From Verrucomicrobia bacterium UBA6982 (lineage in GTDB: Bacteria > Verrucomicrobiota > Kiritimatiellia > RFP12 > UBA3636), in assembly GCA_002448475.1 (NCBI GenBank), contig DJYI01000049.1, positions 5,475 through 69,474 of the forward strand: a stretch of 64,000 bases of DNA, given 5' to 3'. This document shows, piece after piece, positions 42,979-53,560 of the stretch. The position numbers were made by a program, and so were the translations under genes. The notes under the pieces were generated by a model. That model saw only the letters and a program-made list of their open reading frames with translations, was not told the DNA's origin and did not search any database. Position 1 is the first letter of the stretch; the number at the start of each line of letters is the position of its first letter.

Positions 42979-43002
42979 GCGGGCGGATTTGCTGGTCCGC
43001 CG

Positions 43003-43956
43003 CTATTTTGCTGATGGCTCCGCAGCCTTTTTGAGGTCGCGGATTGCGGCGAACATCACGCTTGGATAGTCGGAGGAGAATCCGTCGCATCCGAGATCGA
43101 AGAGGTCGAAATACGTCTGCTCCCGCTCGCCGCCCTCGAAGGGGATGGAGCAGACAGGGATGCCATGCTCGTGAAACTCCTTCACGAGAGATTCGACGTA
43201 GGATGCGCGCGGAACGAATTTCTCGGCAGCGTCCGGGTTGCAATACGTGTGAAGCGAGACGGCTGAAATTCCCGCGAAGCCGCCGGCTCTGACTTCCGAC
43301 ATGATTTTCTCGAAATGCGACTCGAATCGCGCAATGTCCGCCTCGTTGTGGTCAGGGGCGGGCACCGGCCAGGTGCCGATCCACAGCAGCGTCTTTCCGC
43401 CTGGGAGGATTCTGGTCCATTCAACGGCCTTGGAATAGTCCTGCCCGGTGTAGTAAACCTGGTCCTGGACTCCGGCCTCCACCGCCTTTCGCGCGATCTC
43501 CGCGGGGCCGATGCCCTTTTCGTCAACCATGCACAGCCAGGTGGGGTGGCCCTTCATCGCGCCAAACACCTCGTCGATGGTCGGAATGCGGTGGTGAGAA
43601 AATTCCGGCGAGAGATATGAGCCGACGTCGATGTCCTTGATGCTGTCCCAGTCCAGCTGCGTGGAGACGTCCATCGAGGCGAGTTCCTCGGATATGCCGC
43701 GCGCAGTGCGGCGCAGAGTGGCGTCGTGCAGCATGATTCCCACCCCGTCGCGGGTGCGTCGGCAGTCGCATTCGAGAGCGGAGCCGTTGCGCCAGCACCA
43801 GAGAAAAGTCTCCAGCGTGTTGTCGGGACGCTCGAACTTCCCGCCGCCGCGGTGGACGTGGGAGATATGCATGAGGGATACGCGCTCGGCGGGAACCGGC
43901 GCATGGACAAGCCCGCCCTGCGAGGAGGACGGCTTCGTGGATTCTGTGTTGTTCAT
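43003..43956 (-). CDS. Glycerophosphodiester phosphodiesterase (GDPD) family protein.
   Basis: HISHVHRGGGKF..ENTLETF...LECD.R.TRDGV.IMLHD. Confidence 0.8.
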   Translation of the reverse strand: MNNTESTKPSSSQGGLVHAPVPAERVSLMHISHVHRGGGKFERPDNTLETFLWCWRNGSALECDCRRTRDGVGIMLHDATLRRTARGISEELASMDVSTQLDWDSIKDIDVGSYLSPEFSHHRIPTIDEVFGAMKGHPTWLCMVDEKGIGPAEIARKAVEAGVQDQVYYTGQDYSKAVEWTRILPGGKTLLWIGTWPVPAPDHNEADIARFESHFEKIMSEVRAGGFAGISAVSLHTYCNPDAAEKFVPRASYVESLVKEFHEHGIPVCSIPFEGGEREQTYFDLFDLGCDGFSSDYPSVMFAAIRDLKKAAEPSAK

Positions 43957-43960
43957 TTGC

Positions 43961-45355
43961 TCAGACGACCTTGCCCGGATTCAGAATTCCTTTGGGGTCG
44001 AATACGGATTTGATGCCGCGCATCACGGCGCGCAGCGTCGGAGGCAGGGATTCGGCCAGATACGGCCTCTTCGCGCAGCCGATGCCGTGTTCGCCGCTGA
44101 CCTGACCGCGCAGCTGGCGAGCCTTGGCGTAGAGGTCCTCGAACACGGCGGAGAGGGTTTTCCTCCACTGCTCGTCGCCCAACGAGTCGCGAAGCACGTA
44201 GATGTGGATGTTGCCGTCGCCGGCGTGGCCGAAGGACTGAATGCGCACGCCGTGCTTTTCCTGAAGCCGGTGCGAGTAGAGGACGAATTCGGCAAAGTTG
44301 GAGCGCGGGACGACGACGTCGCACTCGTCCATTTCCGTCGTGGACGCCTTGATGGCCTCCAGAAAAGCCCCGCGAGCGGACCAGATTGACTCGTTGCGTT
44401 CCTGCGTGTCCGAGATGAACACGTCAAGCGCCCCGGCGCCGAGGCACGTCTTGGCCGCAGTCTCCCAGGCCAGATCGACTTCCTGCCTGCTTGCGCCGTC
44501 AAAGGTCAGCAGCAGATACGCGTCCGCCGAGTTGTCGGGGAATTTTCTGGCCTGGAAGCGTTCCGCCGCCAGTATGACTTCGCGCTCCATGAACTCCACG
44601 GCGGTCGGGACGGACGACGCCTTGATGACATCCGGTATCGCCCTGATGGCCGCTTCGACGCCGGGGAAGGGGACAAGCAGCGATATTTTCGCCTTGGGCA
44701 TCGGGACGAGCCTCAGAATCGCCTTGGCTATCACGCACAACGTGCCCTCGGAGCCGACGACCAGATCCTTCAGCGCGTAGCCGGAGGAGTTCTTGACGAC
44801 CTTGCCGCCGAGCTGCACGACGTCCCCGTTCGGCATGACGACTTCAAGCCCGCGCACGTAGTCGCGCGTGACGCCGTATTTCACGGCGCGCATGCCGCCC
44901 GCGTTCGTGGAGATGTTTCCGCCGATGGTCGCCGTCTTTTCGCCCGGATCCGGCGGGTAGAAGAGGCCGTGCTCCTCGACGTATTTCGCCACGTCCATGA
45001 GCAGGACGCCCGGTTCGAGCGTCAGCGTCATGTTGCGCTCGTCAAGTTCCAGAATGTTCGTCATCATGCTCGTGTCGAGCAGAATGCCGCCTTCAAGAGG
45101 AACAGCGCCGCCGACGAGACCAGTGCCGCCGCCGCGCACGGTGACGGGGATGTTGCGCTCGAACGCGTAGCGCATGACGGCCGAGATTTCGGCGGTGGAG
45201 AGCGGGCACACTCGCGCGTCGGGCCGGCTGTATGCGCCGCCAAGTTCGTCGTGGCAGAAGTCTTCCCCTATTTCGTCGCGAGGGGTGACGCGCGCCTCGC
45301 CGCAGATGGCGCGGAGCGCCTCGAGATCTGATTCCCGCATTTTTTCGAAGTTCAT
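43961..45355 (-). CDS. FAD-linked oxidase (GlcD / D-lactate dehydrogenase family).
   Basis: FAD-binding PCMH domain [26 protein letters not shown]. 464 aa from Met 45355. Confidence 0.8.
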   Translation of the reverse strand: MNFEKMRESDLEALRAICGEARVTPRDEIGEDFCHDELGGAYSRPDARVCPLSTAEISAVMRYAFERNIPVTVRGGGTGLVGGAVPLEGGILLDTSMMTNILELDERNMTLTLEPGVLLMDVAKYVEEHGLFYPPDPGEKTATIGGNISTNAGGMRAVKYGVTRDYVRGLEVVMPNGDVVQLGGKVVKNSSGYALKDLVVGSEGTLCVIAKAILRLVPMPKAKISLLVPFPGVEAAIRAIPDVIKASSVPTAVEFMEREVILAAERFQARKFPDNSADAYLLLTFDGASRQEVDLAWETAAKTCLGAGALDVFISDTQERNESIWSARGAFLEAIKASTTEMDECDVVVPRSNFAEFVLYSHRLQEKHGVRIQSFGHAGDGNIHIYVLRDSLGDEQWRKTLSAVFEDLYAKARQLRGQVSGEHGIGCAKRPYLAESLPPTLRAVMRGIKSVFDPKGILNPGKVV

Positions 45356-46548
45356 TTCGCAGCCTCCTTCTTTGCCTTGATTTTCGCCACGAGTTCGGGG
45401 ACGATCGTGTAGAGGTCGCCGACAAGGCCGACATGCGCGACCTTGAAGATCGGTGCCTTGGGATCGGTGTTGATCGCTACGATGGTCTCCGATCCGCCCA
45501 TTCCGGCCACGAACTGGATCGCGCCGGAGACGCCGCAGGTTATCATGAGCTTGGGCTTCACGGTGCGGCCGGAGAGTCCGATCTGGAACTTTGAGTCGAT
45601 CCATCCGGCCTCGACGACCGCGCGCGTGGCTGCCACGCGCCCGCCGAGTTGCGCCGCGAGCGACTCAAGAAGCGCGATGTCGCCTGGATTTCTGACGCCG
45701 CGCCCGCACACGACCAGAACCTCTGCCTCTTCGATTCCCTTTTCGGCGGCCTTGGGACGGCACTCAAGGATTTCGATTCTGGAGGCAAGCTTTTCCGGAG
45801 GGAGCTCGTGGCGGACGATCTTTCCGCGCGTGGCGGATTTGAACGGGATCGAAAACACCTTGTAGCGGACGGTCGCGAACTGCGGGCGGTGGCGCGGCGT
45901 GTTGATGTGCGCCATGATGTTGCCGCCGTAGGCGGGCCGTATCTGGTCAAGGTCGGTCGAAGGCGACATTCCAAGCACCGTGCAGTCGGCGGTAAGCCCC
46001 GTGCGGAAGCGCGCGGCCACGCGCGGCGCGAGGGAGCGGCCGTTGGCCGTGCCGCCGACAAGCACGGACGAGGGGCGGACGGACCGGATGAAGTCCTCCA
46101 GCGCGTTCGCGTATGGCTCGATGCGGAAAAACTCCAGCGCCGGGTCTTCGTAAACGTGGACTTCGTCGGCGCCGTAGCCAAGGAGTGTCCGGGCGGCCTC
46201 GGCCGTGTGAGCGCCCATGGCGACGGCCAGCACCGGGTGTCCGATGGCGGCCGCCAGTTCGCGCGCCTTTCCGAGCAGTTCCAGGGCGACAGGGTGGACT
46301 TTGCCTTCCGGCGAAAGTTCCGCGACAACAGCGATGCCACGCCAGGCCGACTTGTCAACGCCGGGCGCGGAGTCGTCAACGAATTCAAACGCGCCGCCGC
46401 CGCCGCGCACGCAGGCCCGGCACATCCTGCATCCGGCGCCGATGGCGAGTCCGCCGCCGGGTTCCTCTTCGATCGCGCCGAACGGGCAGAGGGCCTTCGC
46501 CGCCGCCGTGTCGGCGATTTTGTCCATGTGTATTCTGATGTGGCTCAT
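45352..46548 (-). CDS. etfA: Electron transfer flavoprotein alpha subunit with an N-terminal ferredoxin-like [4Fe-4S] domain (FixB/LctC-like).
   Basis: N-terminal Cys cluster CPFGAI...CRMCRACV, then Etf alpha domains. Confidence 0.85.
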   Translation of the reverse strand: MSHIRIHMDKIADTAAAKALCPFGAIEEEPGGGLAIGAGCRMCRACVRGGGGAFEFVDDSAPGVDKSAWRGIAVVAELSPEGKVHPVALELLGKARELAAAIGHPVLAVAMGAHTAEAARTLLGYGADEVHVYEDPALEFFRIEPYANALEDFIRSVRPSSVLVGGTANGRSLAPRVAARFRTGLTADCTVLGMSPSTDLDQIRPAYGGNIMAHINTPRHRPQFATVRYKVFSIPFKSATRGKIVRHELPPEKLASRIEILECRPKAAEKGIEEAEVLVVCGRGVRNPGDIALLESLAAQLGGRVAATRAVVEAGWIDSKFQIGLSGRTVKPKLMITCGVSGAIQFVAGMGGSETIVAINTDPKAPIFKVAHVGLVGDLYTIVPELVAKIKAKKEAAK

Positions 46549-47342
46549 CGCAGAAACTTCCTTTCTTCAAGCAGGTCCGCAAGCGCGGCGGCCTTCTTCT
46601 TGTCGTCGCCGCCAAGCGCGATGCGTTCGACGCGCAGTTCGGGCGGGAAAATCCTCTTGACCTGCGTGGGGGATCCGTTGAGTCCGTAGTGGCGCGGATC
46701 CTTGTCCGGCATGTCGGCGAGCGCAAGCCAGAGAATTTCGCGTCCCTCCGTGGCGCAGCGAAGCTTGTAGGACGGCAGTCGCGGCTCGAAAATTCCCTTT
46801 TCGACGGTCATGAGGAAGGGGAATGGAATGCGCTGGGCCACTTCGCAGTCCGGAAGATCCACCGTGAGGTCGATGTGGTCGGCAGCGACGTCGTCCACGG
46901 ACTTGACGTTTGTGACGTGCGGTATGCCAAGCCACTCCGCGAGCTCCGCTCCGACCTGCGCGGTGTCGCCGTCCGTTGTCTGCTTGCCGCAGACGACGAG
47001 GTCGTATGGCCCTGTCTTGCGCGCCCCCTGCGAGAGAGTGTAGGAGGTGGCAAGCACGTCGGCGCCGCCGAATGCGCGGTCGGAGAGAATCGCTCCCTTG
47101 TCGGCGCCCATCATGAACGCCTCCCGGACAACCTGTTCGCACTGGGGCGGACCCATGGTCAGGACGGTCACTTCGGAGTCTGGTCCGGCGGCCGCCTTCA
47201 CGCGCATCGCCGTTTCAAGGGCGTAGAGGTCGAACGGATTCATTTTGGCGGCTACGCCGTCGCGCCTCAATGTGCCGGTTTTTTCGTCGATCTCGACTTG
47301 GGTCGTGCCCGGCACCTGTTTTATGCAAACAAGAATTCTCAT
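46545..47342 (-). CDS. etfB: Electron transfer flavoprotein beta subunit (FixA/LctB-like).
   Basis: MRILVCIKQVPGTTQVEIDEKTGTLRRDGVAAKMNPFDLYALETA. The start was trimmed to 47342. Confidence 0.85.
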   Translation of the reverse strand: MRILVCIKQVPGTTQVEIDEKTGTLRRDGVAAKMNPFDLYALETAMRVKAAAGPDSEVTVLTMGPPQCEQVVREAFMMGADKGAILSDRAFGGADVLATSYTLSQGARKTGPYDLVVCGKQTTDGDTAQVGAELAEWLGIPHVTNVKSVDDVAADHIDLTVDLPDCEVAQRIPFPFLMTVEKGIFEPRLPSYKLRCATEGREILWLALADMPDKDPRHYGLNGSPTQVKRIFPPELRVERIALGGDDKKKAAALADLLEERKFLR

Positions 47343-49474
47343 TGATTTACGTGTTTGGTTGAAGCTGTGGTTGCCGTTGAAGCTGTGGTTGCCGTGTTCG
47401 CGTCTTCCGCCTCCGCCGCGGCGGCCAGAAGCGCCAGTTCTGCGGCCTTGAATTGTGCCGGTGCGTCTCTTTGCGGGTTGCCGGAGGCGACGGCGGCGAA
47501 GATGTCGGCAAGGTTGTCGCATGCGTCGCCCCATGCCGCGCCGCGTCCCGCGGCTGCAACTCTGACGCGGCGCTCAAGAGCGGCGGCGACGGGGCGGGCC
47601 CAGTCGGCGTTTTCCGGCAGGAAGATCGCTTCCGGCGGCAGGAAGCTGGCGCCTTGTCCAGTTTCGGAGAGCGCGTCGGCGCCCCGTGGCGAGCCGGAGG
47701 GCGGCAAGGTCGAAGCGGACGGAGCCGCCGCGCCCTGCGGCACGCCGTCGCGCCCCGGCACGAGGCGGAGCGAGGCGAGCAGCGCCTCGGCTCCGGCCGC
47801 GGAGGTCGATCCGGGCGTGAGGACCTTTCCGGCGCGCTCCTTCATGAATTTGGCGAAGGCGTCCGCCCCGCGCTCTTCCGATTCCACGCCAATGCCGTGC
47901 AGGAGAAAGAGCGATGGCGACCACGGAACTCCGGACGCAAGCGCGCCGCCGATCGCCGCGAATCGGGCCTGGCGATCGGGGCGGGAGAGCCAGAAGGCGA
48001 CAAGCTGGGCCGCGATTGCGGGATCCGAACATGCGGCTGGAGAGTCGGCGGCAATTAGTTCGGCAAGAGGCGGAAGCGACCCGACTGCGGCCTTGGCCGC
48101 CACTTCGTCGTAGTCGCTTTGCCGCAGCGCGGTGTCGGTCAGTCTTGCAAGTCCGAGCGCGAACCATCGCGGGAAGGGGCGTGGCCGCGCGGCGGCCGCG
48201 GACGGGACTCCGGCCGCGATGGCGTCGCGCGCGGCGGCCAGGACTCTAAGTCGCAGCAGTCCGTCGGCGATTTCCACCCCGAGCGCGTGCGAGTCGAGCT
48301 CGGACACCGGTCCGGAGACCGAAACAATCAGCGACGTGTGCGGAGGTTCGCCGACGACGCGCGGCAAAAGGCTCGAACGAAGGCTGGCGGGAGCGTCAGG
48401 GGCGTCGGAGCGAACCAAGATGCGGTAGTCGTCGGTTCTGAATGAATTTGGACCCGGAACGGGTCCGGATGTTCCGAAGAGTTCCTTTTCCAGCGCCGTG
48501 CGAAAATCTTCAACGAATCCCAGAATCACCGACCTGTCGGCGTAGGTGAACGCCTCGCCGGAAACGGCGACGGAACCGTCGGACGACGCCGTTCGCGACG
48601 CCTCCGCCCTGCGAAGCGCCTCCAGAGGACTCGCCGGGCGGGACGGGGTGGGGGAGGGGGCGGCCACGGCTGGAGGCGCAAGCAGCAGCGCCAGGGCGGC
48701 GAGAACGCCCGCCTTTGCTCCAGCCTTCATGGCCGCTGCCGCGCCGTTTCGCGCGGTGCCGCTCCTTGCGGCGCCTGAATTCGTCGCCGCGCCGGGACTC
48801 GCGGATCCGCTGGCGGGGCGGCGCGGAACAGCGCGGAGCGCGCGGATTCCGCCCATCGTGAAGGCGCAGATCTCGCGCACGAAATGCTCCGCCTCCGCCT
48901 CCGTCGGGGCGTCGTTGCGGAAAATGGCGCGGCGAACCGCTCGGTTGAGCGCGAGCGCCGTGAACTGGGAATTGATCGCGAAAACGCAGCAACCGATCTG
49001 CCACGCGGTGGCGTCAGGTCCGAGCATTCGGCGCAGCCTCGCCGCCAGCTCCGTGCGGCGGGGGGCGAGATGCTCGGCGAGAACCTCCTCGGAAACGGGG
49101 GAGGGGTCCACGGCCTCGTTTGCCATGAGTCGGCGCAGGAAGCCGCCGGTGCCTGTGTCGAACACGCTCCGGACGCAGGCGCGCACGTATTCGTAGAGCC
49201 ATTCGCGGTCGGCGTCCGCGGAGAGGGGGCCGGAAATGGCCGCGTCCTCGGCCACGGCATGCTCGAGGGCATGGTCCCAGACCGCTTTGTAAAGCCCCTC
49301 CTTGCCGCCAAAGTGGTAGTTGACGGCGGCGATGTTGGCGTTGGCCGCGGCGCAGATCTCCTGAATGCGCGTGTTCCGATAGCCGCGTTCGGCGAAGATC
49401 CTGCAGGCCTCGTTCAAAAGCCGTTCGCGCGTGTTGCCGGACGGCGGCTTTCTGGCCTGATGCTTCCTCTCCAT
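47339..49474 (-). CDS. TetR-family helix-turn-helix N-domain, then a TM segment, then a large extracytoplasmic domain (membrane-anchored regulator?). The C-terminus carries a (TATTAS)n repeat.
   Basis: TetR helix-turn-helix RERLLNEACRIFAERGYRNTRIQEICAAANANIAAVNYHFGGKEGLY. There is no stop before the signal/TM-like MKAGAKAGVLAALALLLAPPAVAAP. It could instead be two genes fused by an error. Confidence 0.5.
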   Translation of the reverse strand: MERKHQARKPPSGNTRERLLNEACRIFAERGYRNTRIQEICAAANANIAAVNYHFGGKEGLYKAVWDHALEHAVAEDAAISGPLSADADREWLYEYVRACVRSVFDTGTGGFLRRLMANEAVDPSPVSEEVLAEHLAPRRTELAARLRRMLGPDATAWQIGCCVFAINSQFTALALNRAVRRAIFRNDAPTEAEAEHFVREICAFTMGGIRALRAVPRRPASGSASPGAATNSGAARSGTARNGAAAAMKAGAKAGVLAALALLLAPPAVAAPSPTPSRPASPLEALRRAEASRTASSDGSVAVSGEAFTYADRSVILGFVEDFRTALEKELFGTSGPVPGPNSFRTDDYRILVRSDAPDAPASLRSSLLPRVVGEPPHTSLIVSVSGPVSELDSHALGVEIADGLLRLRVLAAARDAIAAGVPSAAAARPRPFPRWFALGLARLTDTALRQSDYDEVAAKAAVGSLPPLAELIAADSPAACSDPAIAAQLVAFWLSRPDRQARFAAIGGALASGVPWSPSLFLLHGIGVESEERGADAFAKFMKERAGKVLTPGSTSAAGAEALLASLRLVPGRDGVPQGAAAPSASTLPPSGSPRGADALSETGQGASFLPPEAIFLPENADWARPVAAALERRVRVAAAGRGAAWGDACDNLADIFAAVASGNPQRDAPAQFKAAELALLAAAAEAEDANTATTASTATTASTKHVNQ
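47360..47398. repeat. 19-bp direct repeat x2 (GTTGAAGCTGTGGTTGCCG) at the 3' end of the TetR-like gene's coding region.
   Basis: Direct reading. Confidence 0.7.
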
Positions 49475-49500
49475 CGAACGCCTCGTTCCTGCCAGGGACG

Positions 49501-49974
49501 TCAGTCCCCGCAAAGGACGGCCCATAGCGACTTGCCCTCGGTGATCGGCGAACAATATAGGCCGAGAAGGAACGCCGCGCACATGAAAGCGCCTATGCCT
49601 AGAACCGCGAAACGGAGAGACGAGATGGATTTTTCAAGTTGTCCGGCGTTCCAGTCTCGCATGATCAGCTTTACCCCACCCCAGGCCAGCCAGATCGTGA
49701 GGGCGGCGATGACCATTGTGAACGCGACGATCGAGACGAGAAGGTTCGTCGAGTCCGGCCCGCCGTATGTCAGCAGCGAGTCCATTGGCGACATGGCCTG
49801 CCAGCAGATCCACGTGACGCGGGCCACAAGCGCCACGATGAAAAGCATCGCCGGGCGCCACAGGGGCATGAATATCCTGTCGAGCCGATAGAGGGTCTGC
49901 TCGAGCCCGACTGCGGCGAGAAAACCGACGAATGGCGGGACGGAGGCTTTCAGAATGGCGAAAAAAGTGATCAT
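49501..49974 (-). CDS. Small integral membrane protein (about 157 aa, 4 TM), unknown function.
   Basis: Hydrophobic segments. The start was trimmed to MITFFAILK. ATGA overlap with the upstream fucU-like gene. Confidence 0.5.
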   Translation of the reverse strand: MITFFAILKASVPPFVGFLAAVGLEQTLYRLDRIFMPLWRPAMLFIVALVARVTWICWQAMSPMDSLLTYGGPDSTNLLVSIVAFTMVIAALTIWLAWGGVKLIMRDWNAGQLEKSISSLRFAVLGIGAFMCAAFLLGLYCSPITEGKSLWAVLCGD

Positions 49975-50408
49975 GACGGCGTCACTCCCTTTCTCAAGAT
50001 CAAATTGCCGTATTTTCGGGTCTCCCCGGTCTGGATGATCAAAAATGCCCTTTTCGCGCGTTCGTAGAAGGCGAAGCGCTCCATGCGCTCCATCTTCGCC
50101 CATGCGTATCCCGCCTTGTCCGCCGCGGCGCGATAGGACTCCTCGACGTCCGGATCGAGCGCATCGCCCGGAACGGCCTCCATTGTCACCATCGGGGCCC
50201 CGCCGTAGGAGTCGAGCTCGAAAAGCGGCAGAATCGCGTCGAGAAGCCGGGCGACGGAAATCCCGTCGGCGCGCAGGACAACGGCGCCGCGGCCAAAGGT
50301 CTCGGCCGGAAAATGCGCGTCCGCGAGGACTAGTTCGTCGCCATGCCCCATGCGCGAAAGCGCGGATAGCATGTCGGGCGAGACGAGTGGCGAGATTCCC
50401 TTCAGCAT
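49971..50408 (-). CDS. RbsD/FucU-family sugar mutarotase (L-fucose mutarotase / D-ribose pyranase family).
   Basis: MLKGISPLVSPDMLSALSRMGHGDELVLADAHFP matches the family N-terminal signature. Confidence 0.75.
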   Translation of the reverse strand: MLKGISPLVSPDMLSALSRMGHGDELVLADAHFPAETFGRGAVVLRADGISVARLLDAILPLFELDSYGGAPMVTMEAVPGDALDPDVEESYRAAADKAGYAWAKMERMERFAFYERAKRAFLIIQTGETRKYGNLILRKGVTPS

Positions 50409-50409
50409 T

Positions 50410-51258
50410 TCAGTTTTTCACCTTTCCGAGAAAATCGCGAGTTCGCGCGTTCTTGGGGGATCCGAACAGCTCCGTCGGGGTGCCTTCCTCCAGAATGTTT
50501 CCGCCTTCGAGGAAGAGGATGCGGTCGGCCACGTCGCGGGCGAAGTTCATCTCATGGGTCACCACCACCATCGTCATGTGGTTGGCGGCGAGCTCCTTCA
50601 TCACGGCGAGGACCTCCCCGACCATTTCCGGGTCGAGAGCCGACGTGGGTTCGTCGAAGAGCATCACGCGCGGCTCCATGGCCAGCGCCCTTGCGATCGC
50701 GATGCGCTGCATCTGCCCGCCGGAGAGCTGCTGCGGGTAGGCGTTCGCCTTGTCTGGCAGGCCGACGCGGTCCAGCAATTCCATCGCCTTGCGCCTGGCG
50801 GCGTCGGCGGAAACGCGGCGCACCATGCGCGGCGCCATCGTCACGTTGTCGATCACCGTCATGTGCGGAAACAGGTTGAAGCGCTGGAACACCATCCCCA
50901 TGTCGGAGCGGTAGCGGTTTAGGTTGCGCTCGCGCTCGCGGTGGGAGAGGTTCGCGTCCGTTCCGTCACGGCGAAGGGATCCCCCGGAGACTATTTCCTC
51001 CCCGCCGAACCAAATGCGGCCGGATGTCGGGACTTCAAGGAGATTGAGGCAGCGCAGGAACGTTGACTTGCCGCCGCCGGACGGGCCGATGACCACGACC
51101 ACTTCGCCCTTGCGGATCGTCGTCGTAATTCCACGGAGCACGTGAAGGGATCCGAAGCTCTTGTGCAGATTCTCGACCTCTAGAAGCGGCCGGCCCGGGG
51201 CGACGACGGGGCGGTCAGAAAGGAACGGGTCGGATTTTGCCTGTGCGGGTGTCGTCAT
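50410..51258 (-). CDS. Polar amino-acid ABC transporter ATP-binding protein.
   Basis: Walker [10 protein letters not shown], signature [15 protein letters not shown], Walker [11 protein letters not shown]. Confidence 0.85.
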   Translation of the reverse strand: MTTPAQAKSDPFLSDRPVVAPGRPLLEVENLHKSFGSLHVLRGITTTIRKGEVVVVIGPSGGGKSTFLRCLNLLEVPTSGRIWFGGEEIVSGGSLRRDGTDANLSHRERERNLNRYRSDMGMVFQRFNLFPHMTVIDNVTMAPRMVRRVSADAARRKAMELLDRVGLPDKANAYPQQLSGGQMQRIAIARALAMEPRVMLFDEPTSALDPEMVGEVLAVMKELAANHMTMVVVTHEMNFARDVADRILFLEGGNILEEGTPTELFGSPKNARTRDFLGKVKN

Positions 51259-51267
51259 GGCTGTCTC

Positions 51268-52005
51268 CTATTTCCCGCCCGTGCGCCGGAGGTGGCGCTC
51301 CAGCCTTGCGAGAAGCTTTGAGAATATCATCACCATGACCAGATATATGGCGGCCACGGCGAGGAATGGGATGTATGCCTGATACGTCTGGGAGCGAATG
51401 ATCGAGCCGCCGCGAGCGAGGTCGTCCAGCCCGATGAAGGATGCAATCGACGTGTCCTTGAGCATCACGATGAACTCGTTGCCAAGCGCAGGCAGGATGT
51501 TGCGAATCGCCTGGGGAAGCACGACGCGGCACATTCCCTGCGTGTAGGAAAGTCCCAGGGAGCGGGCGGCTTCCATCTGCCCGTCGTCAATGGACGTGAT
51601 TCCCGCGCGAATGATTTCCGCAACGTATGCGCCGGAGTTGAAGCCGAAGGCCAGAATCGCGACGAGAACCTTGTCGTTGAGGTTTGAGAATACGATGAAG
51701 TAGGCGATGAGCAATTGCACGGTCATTGGCGTCCCTCTAATGACCGTGATGTAAATTTTCGCAATGGCGTTCAGGAATCCGAATCGCCCATGCTTGTCGT
51801 GCGTCGAGCGCACGACCGCCACCAGAAAGCCGAGAATGGCGCCTAGAACAACGGCGCAGAGCGCGACTTCAAGCGTCCGCCACAGACCGTTGGTGATGTA
51901 TTGCCAGCGGTCGTTCTTGACGAAGCAGATGTAGAAGTTCTCCGACTGCGCGCTCCACCATGATGACAGGGAGGCGAGGGAGGCTGCGAATGTCAGCGGA
52001 TGCAT
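51268..52005 (-). CDS. Polar amino-acid ABC transporter permease (His/Glu/Gln/Arg/opine family).
   Basis: EAARSLGLS....LP.A.....P....EF..LLKDTSL-type EAA loop block. Confidence 0.85.
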   Translation of the reverse strand: MHPLTFAASLASLSSWWSAQSENFYICFVKNDRWQYITNGLWRTLEVALCAVVLGAILGFLVAVVRSTHDKHGRFGFLNAIAKIYITVIRGTPMTVQLLIAYFIVFSNLNDKVLVAILAFGFNSGAYVAEIIRAGITSIDDGQMEAARSLGLSYTQGMCRVVLPQAIRNILPALGNEFIVMLKDTSIASFIGLDDLARGGSIIRSQTYQAYIPFLAVAAIYLVMVMIFSKLLARLERHLRRTGGK

Positions 52006-52077
52006 GTGGGACGTGGTGGTGGAAACTGGCGCGGCGCGCCGTCGGCGAAAAAGCCGCCGGCGCGCCGCCGCGCAAGG

Positions 52078-52917
52078 CTATTTCGCGCAGGGGCAGGCGG
52101 ATTTGTCGCAGGCCGCGTTCGGGCACGACTCGCCGCAGGCGCAGGCGCCGGAACCGGCGGCGAGGGCGTCGGCCTTGGCCTTGAATTCCTCGAAAATCGC
52201 AGCCAGGCGGCCGGAAGCCTTCATCTCTCCGATCACCTTGTTGATCGTGGCGAGCAGTTCCGGCTGGCCCTTCTTGATCGCGATGGCGTAGCACTCGGAC
52301 GTGAGGAACCGGGGCTCGGAGGTGATGGCGTAGTCGGCGTCACCCTTGACGAGGTTCTCCGCCGGATCGACGTCGGCGATGACGAGATCGATCTTGCCGG
52401 CCTTCAGGGCCGCGAACGCGCTCGCCGGGGAGTCGAAGCGGTCCGGCTCCTGGCCAAGCTGCTCGACGCAGTAGTCGGCGGAGGTCGTTCCGTTCTGGAC
52501 TCCGATGCGCTTGCCCTTCGCGTCCGCGGCGCCTTTGACAGGGGCGGACTTGGCGGAGATGACGACTATCCCGGTCTCCACGTATGGATCGGAGAAATCG
52601 ACCATCTTCTTGCGGTCTTCGTTGACCGTGATGCCGGCGGCGGCGAGCTCGGCCTTGTTGGCGATGAGGGAGGGGAGAACGGAGTCGAATTCAACGTCCT
52701 CAACCGCAAGCTCCTTGCCCAGTTCGGCGGCAATCGCCTTGCATATCTCCACGTCGATGCCGACGACTTCGGAGCCCTGGCGGAACTCGTATGGGGGGAA
52801 GGTGGCTTCTGTGATCATGCGGATTTTGCCCGAATCGGAGGCTTTGCCGCAACCGGAGAGAAGGGCAGCTGTAGCCAAAGAGGCCAGAGCCGCGCTTGAA
52901 AGGAACTTGCTTTTCAT
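52078..52917 (-). CDS. Lipoprotein, family-3 solute-binding protein for the ABC transporter, with a Cys-rich C-terminal tail.
   Basis: Lipobox LLSGC. SBP_bac_3-like core. Tail AAGSGACACGESCPNAACDKSACPCAK. The start was trimmed to 52917. Confidence 0.75.
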   Translation of the reverse strand: MKSKFLSSAALASLATAALLSGCGKASDSGKIRMITEATFPPYEFRQGSEVVGIDVEICKAIAAELGKELAVEDVEFDSVLPSLIANKAELAAAGITVNEDRKKMVDFSDPYVETGIVVISAKSAPVKGAADAKGKRIGVQNGTTSADYCVEQLGQEPDRFDSPASAFAALKAGKIDLVIADVDPAENLVKGDADYAITSEPRFLTSECYAIAIKKGQPELLATINKVIGEMKASGRLAAIFEEFKAKADALAAGSGACACGESCPNAACDKSACPCAK

Positions 52918-53043
52918 GGCGTTTTGGAATGTTGGTTGGAACGCAAACGCGCGTTCGCCGTCGATTCTAGGGTATTTCCCCTTGAGGCGCAACAAAGAAA
53001 TTGTGGTTGCCAAAGCAGGGCGCTTGTGGCAGAATCAACGCCC

Positions 53044-53556
53044 GTGAAATGCGAAATCTGCCATTTGAACGACGCGACACGCGCCATCAACCGCAAGGTT
53101 GACGGCGAGATGCGCGAGCTGTTTGTCTGCGATTCCTGCGCGGCGACCGCCGCCTCACCCGCTTCCGGCGGTCCTGGCCCCTCGCTTCCGCGCTCCATCA
53201 CCGACATCCTTTTCTCCGTCGGTCTGCGCCTGCCCGGCGCACATGGGGTGGAGGACGCCACGTGTCCGGTCTGCGGCATGGATCGCGGCGAGGTTCGCGC
53301 GACGCACCGTCTCGGCTGCCCGCGTTGCTACTCCGTTTTCGGGGCCGACATCAGGACTTTTCTTTCCGAGCAGGTTCCCGCCGAGCCGCGTTCGCGCGAG
53401 GATCCGGGGCTGGCGATGCACAAGCGCGAACTGCGGCAGCTGCGCGCCGAGCTTGGGCGCGCGGTCGCGGAGGAGCGCTACGAGGACGCCGCCGCAATCT
53501 CCGCGCGCATCGCGATGGCGCGCCGCGCGGCGGGCATTGAAAAGGCCGGGGACTAG
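53044..53556 (+). CDS. McsA-like protein (zinc-finger CxxC pairs plus C-terminal UVR domain).
   Basis: CEICHL...CDSC and CPVCG...CPRCY. UVR-like LRQLRAELGRAVAEERYEDAAAISARIA. GTG start assumed at 53044. Confidence 0.55.
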   Translation: MKCEICHLNDATRAINRKVDGEMRELFVCDSCAATAASPASGGPGPSLPRSITDILFSVGLRLPGAHGVEDATCPVCGMDRGEVRATHRLGCPRCYSVFGADIRTFLSEQVPAEPRSREDPGLAMHKRELRQLRAELGRAVAEERYEDAAAISARIAMARRAAGIEKAGD

Positions 53557-53560
53557 CGTC

